DNA from: Candidatus Bathyarchaeota archaeon
Lineage (GTDB): Archaea > Thermoproteota > Bathyarchaeia > 40CM-2-53-6
Reading direction: 5' to 3'
Assembly: GCA_963833125.1 (NCBI GenBank)
Contig: CAWHWX010000034.1
Location: 32,001-96,000, forward strand
Length of the DNA stretch: 64,000 nucleotides
The notes beneath the pieces were generated by a model, which saw only the letters and a list, made by a program, of their open reading frames with translations, did no database searches and was not told where the DNA came from. This document shows positions 62,926 to 64,000 of the stretch, one piece after another (position 1 is the stretch's first letter; every line of letters begins with the position of its first letter). The position numbers and the translations under genes were made by a program.

Positions 62926-63363
62926 ATGTCTTCCAATCTTGACCGTGTAATTGAGAAAGTTCTCGGAATGAAAACTATTGCTGTGGTCGGCCTATCCAAA
63001 GACCCGGCGAAGCCAAGCCACGACGTGGCGAAGTTCTTGCAAAGCCACGGCTATCGCATCGTGCCAATCAACCCAACCGTTGATGAGGTGTTAGGCGAGA
63101 AGTCATATCCATCCTTACTCAATCTTCCAATCGAACTGCAGCGTGAGATCGAAGTTGTCGACATCTTTAGACGATCAGAAGACGTGCCACAGATAGTCAC
63201 CGAAGCCGTACAGCTCCACAGCAACGTGGGACGACCGAAGGCTGTGTGGATGCAACTGGGAATAGTCAACGAGGATGCTGCAACTGCAGCAGCGAAAGCG
63301 GGAATGGACGTTGTTATGGATAGATGTATGAAGATCGAGCTTAGCCGGCGCCTCAAAACCTAA
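62926..63363 (+). CDS. CoA-binding protein (YccU-like)
   Basis: IAVVGLS, PINP, VDIFR, WMQLGI, MDRC. Confidence 0.92.
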   Translation: MSSNLDRVIEKVLGMKTIAVVGLSKDPAKPSHDVAKFLQSHGYRIVPINPTVDEVLGEKSYPSLLNLPIELQREIEVVDIFRRSEDVPQIVTEAVQLHSNVGRPKAVWMQLGIVNEDAATAAAKAGMDVVMDRCMKIELSRRLKT

Positions 63364-63451
63364 CCCGTTTCCTGCCAGTGGTTTCCGCCGATTGTCCTTG
63401 GAAGGGAGCTTTTTTATTCATAGGGAGTAGAAAGCTACGTGTTGATTTTAG

Positions 63452-64000
63452 ATGCGGCCTACAAAAATGTCACCTTTCCTACTGAAAGGTAAGGGAATGT
63501 TGCTTGCTTATGATCAAGGGCTAGAGCACGGGCCGTCCAAGGATTTCAATCAGAAGAGTGTCGATCCCGAGTACATTCTCGATATTGCGTGGAAGGGCAA
63601 TTTCACTGGACTCATCTTTCAGAAAGGGGTCGCAGAGAAATATTACGATGGAAAAGTACCGCTCATTATCAAGGTCAACGGCAAGACAAGTCTGCCAAAA
63701 GGAGAACCGATAGCTAGTCAAATTTGCAGCGTAAAGCAAGCAAAAGCCCTGGGCGCCAGAGCCGTTGGGTACACGATCTACCTGGGCAGTGCCCACGAGA
63801 ACCTCATGTTACAAGAATTTGGGAGAATTCAGGAAGAAGCACACGAGATGGGCCTAGCCGCTATCGCATGGATATACCCCAGAGGGGAAGCTGTGCCCAA
63901 CGACACGACCCCCGAAATAATTGCCTATGCAGCGCGGGCTGGACTCGAAGCTGGCGCCGACGCGGTCAAGATCAAGTACACAGGCGACTCGGAGACTTTC
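63452..64000 (+). CDS. Class I fructose-bisphosphate aldolase (DhnA type), truncated by window end
   Basis: LAYDQGLEHGP, VKVNGKT, AVGYTIYLGS, WIYPRG, GADAVKIKYTG (Schiff-base Lys). Confidence 0.9.
   Translation, partial: MRPTKMSPFLLKGKGMLLAYDQGLEHGPSKDFNQKSVDPEYILDIAWKGNFTGLIFQKGVAEKYYDGKVPLIIKVNGKTSLPKGEPIASQICSVKQAKALGARAVGYTIYLGSAHENLMLQEFGRIQEEAHEMGLAAIAWIYPRGEAVPNDTTPEIIAYAARAGLEAGADAVKIKYTGDSETF

Overview
Archaeal chromosomal segment of TACK type, most compatible with Bathyarchaeia. Markers are TFB, Rpo12, aIF1/SUI1, archaeal GlyRS, tRNA-splicing endonuclease, pantoate kinase and crenactin; the taxon is an inference. Many conserved genes carry 1-2 nt frameshifts, which look like long-read consensus errors. 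Layout: 1-12.7 kb surface-glycan locus; 13-37.7 kb housekeeping and energy genes (cofE, K+-independent H+-PPase, tatA-tatC-tatA, ABC transporter, sdhAB, glyS, endA, DRG GTPase); 37.8-41.5 kb a membrane protein coupled to a tandem-AAA+/Lon-protease fusion; 42.7-45.1 kb a crenactin/arcadin-like cytoskeletal operon; 45.4-49.6 kb an accessory patch; 50-64 kb CoA biosynthesis, redoxins and metabolic genes. The standout observation is a tRNA-Gln(CTG) gene on the minus strand at 49686-49846. It appears to be split by four bulge-helix-bulge introns (21/22, 29/30, 37/38, 53/54), and the window also encodes an EndA carrying the broad-specificity crenarchaeal loop. Second is a Cdc48/VAT-like double AAA+ ring fused to a Lon Ser-Lys protease domain. 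No CRISPR array, rRNA, integrase or transposase was seen.
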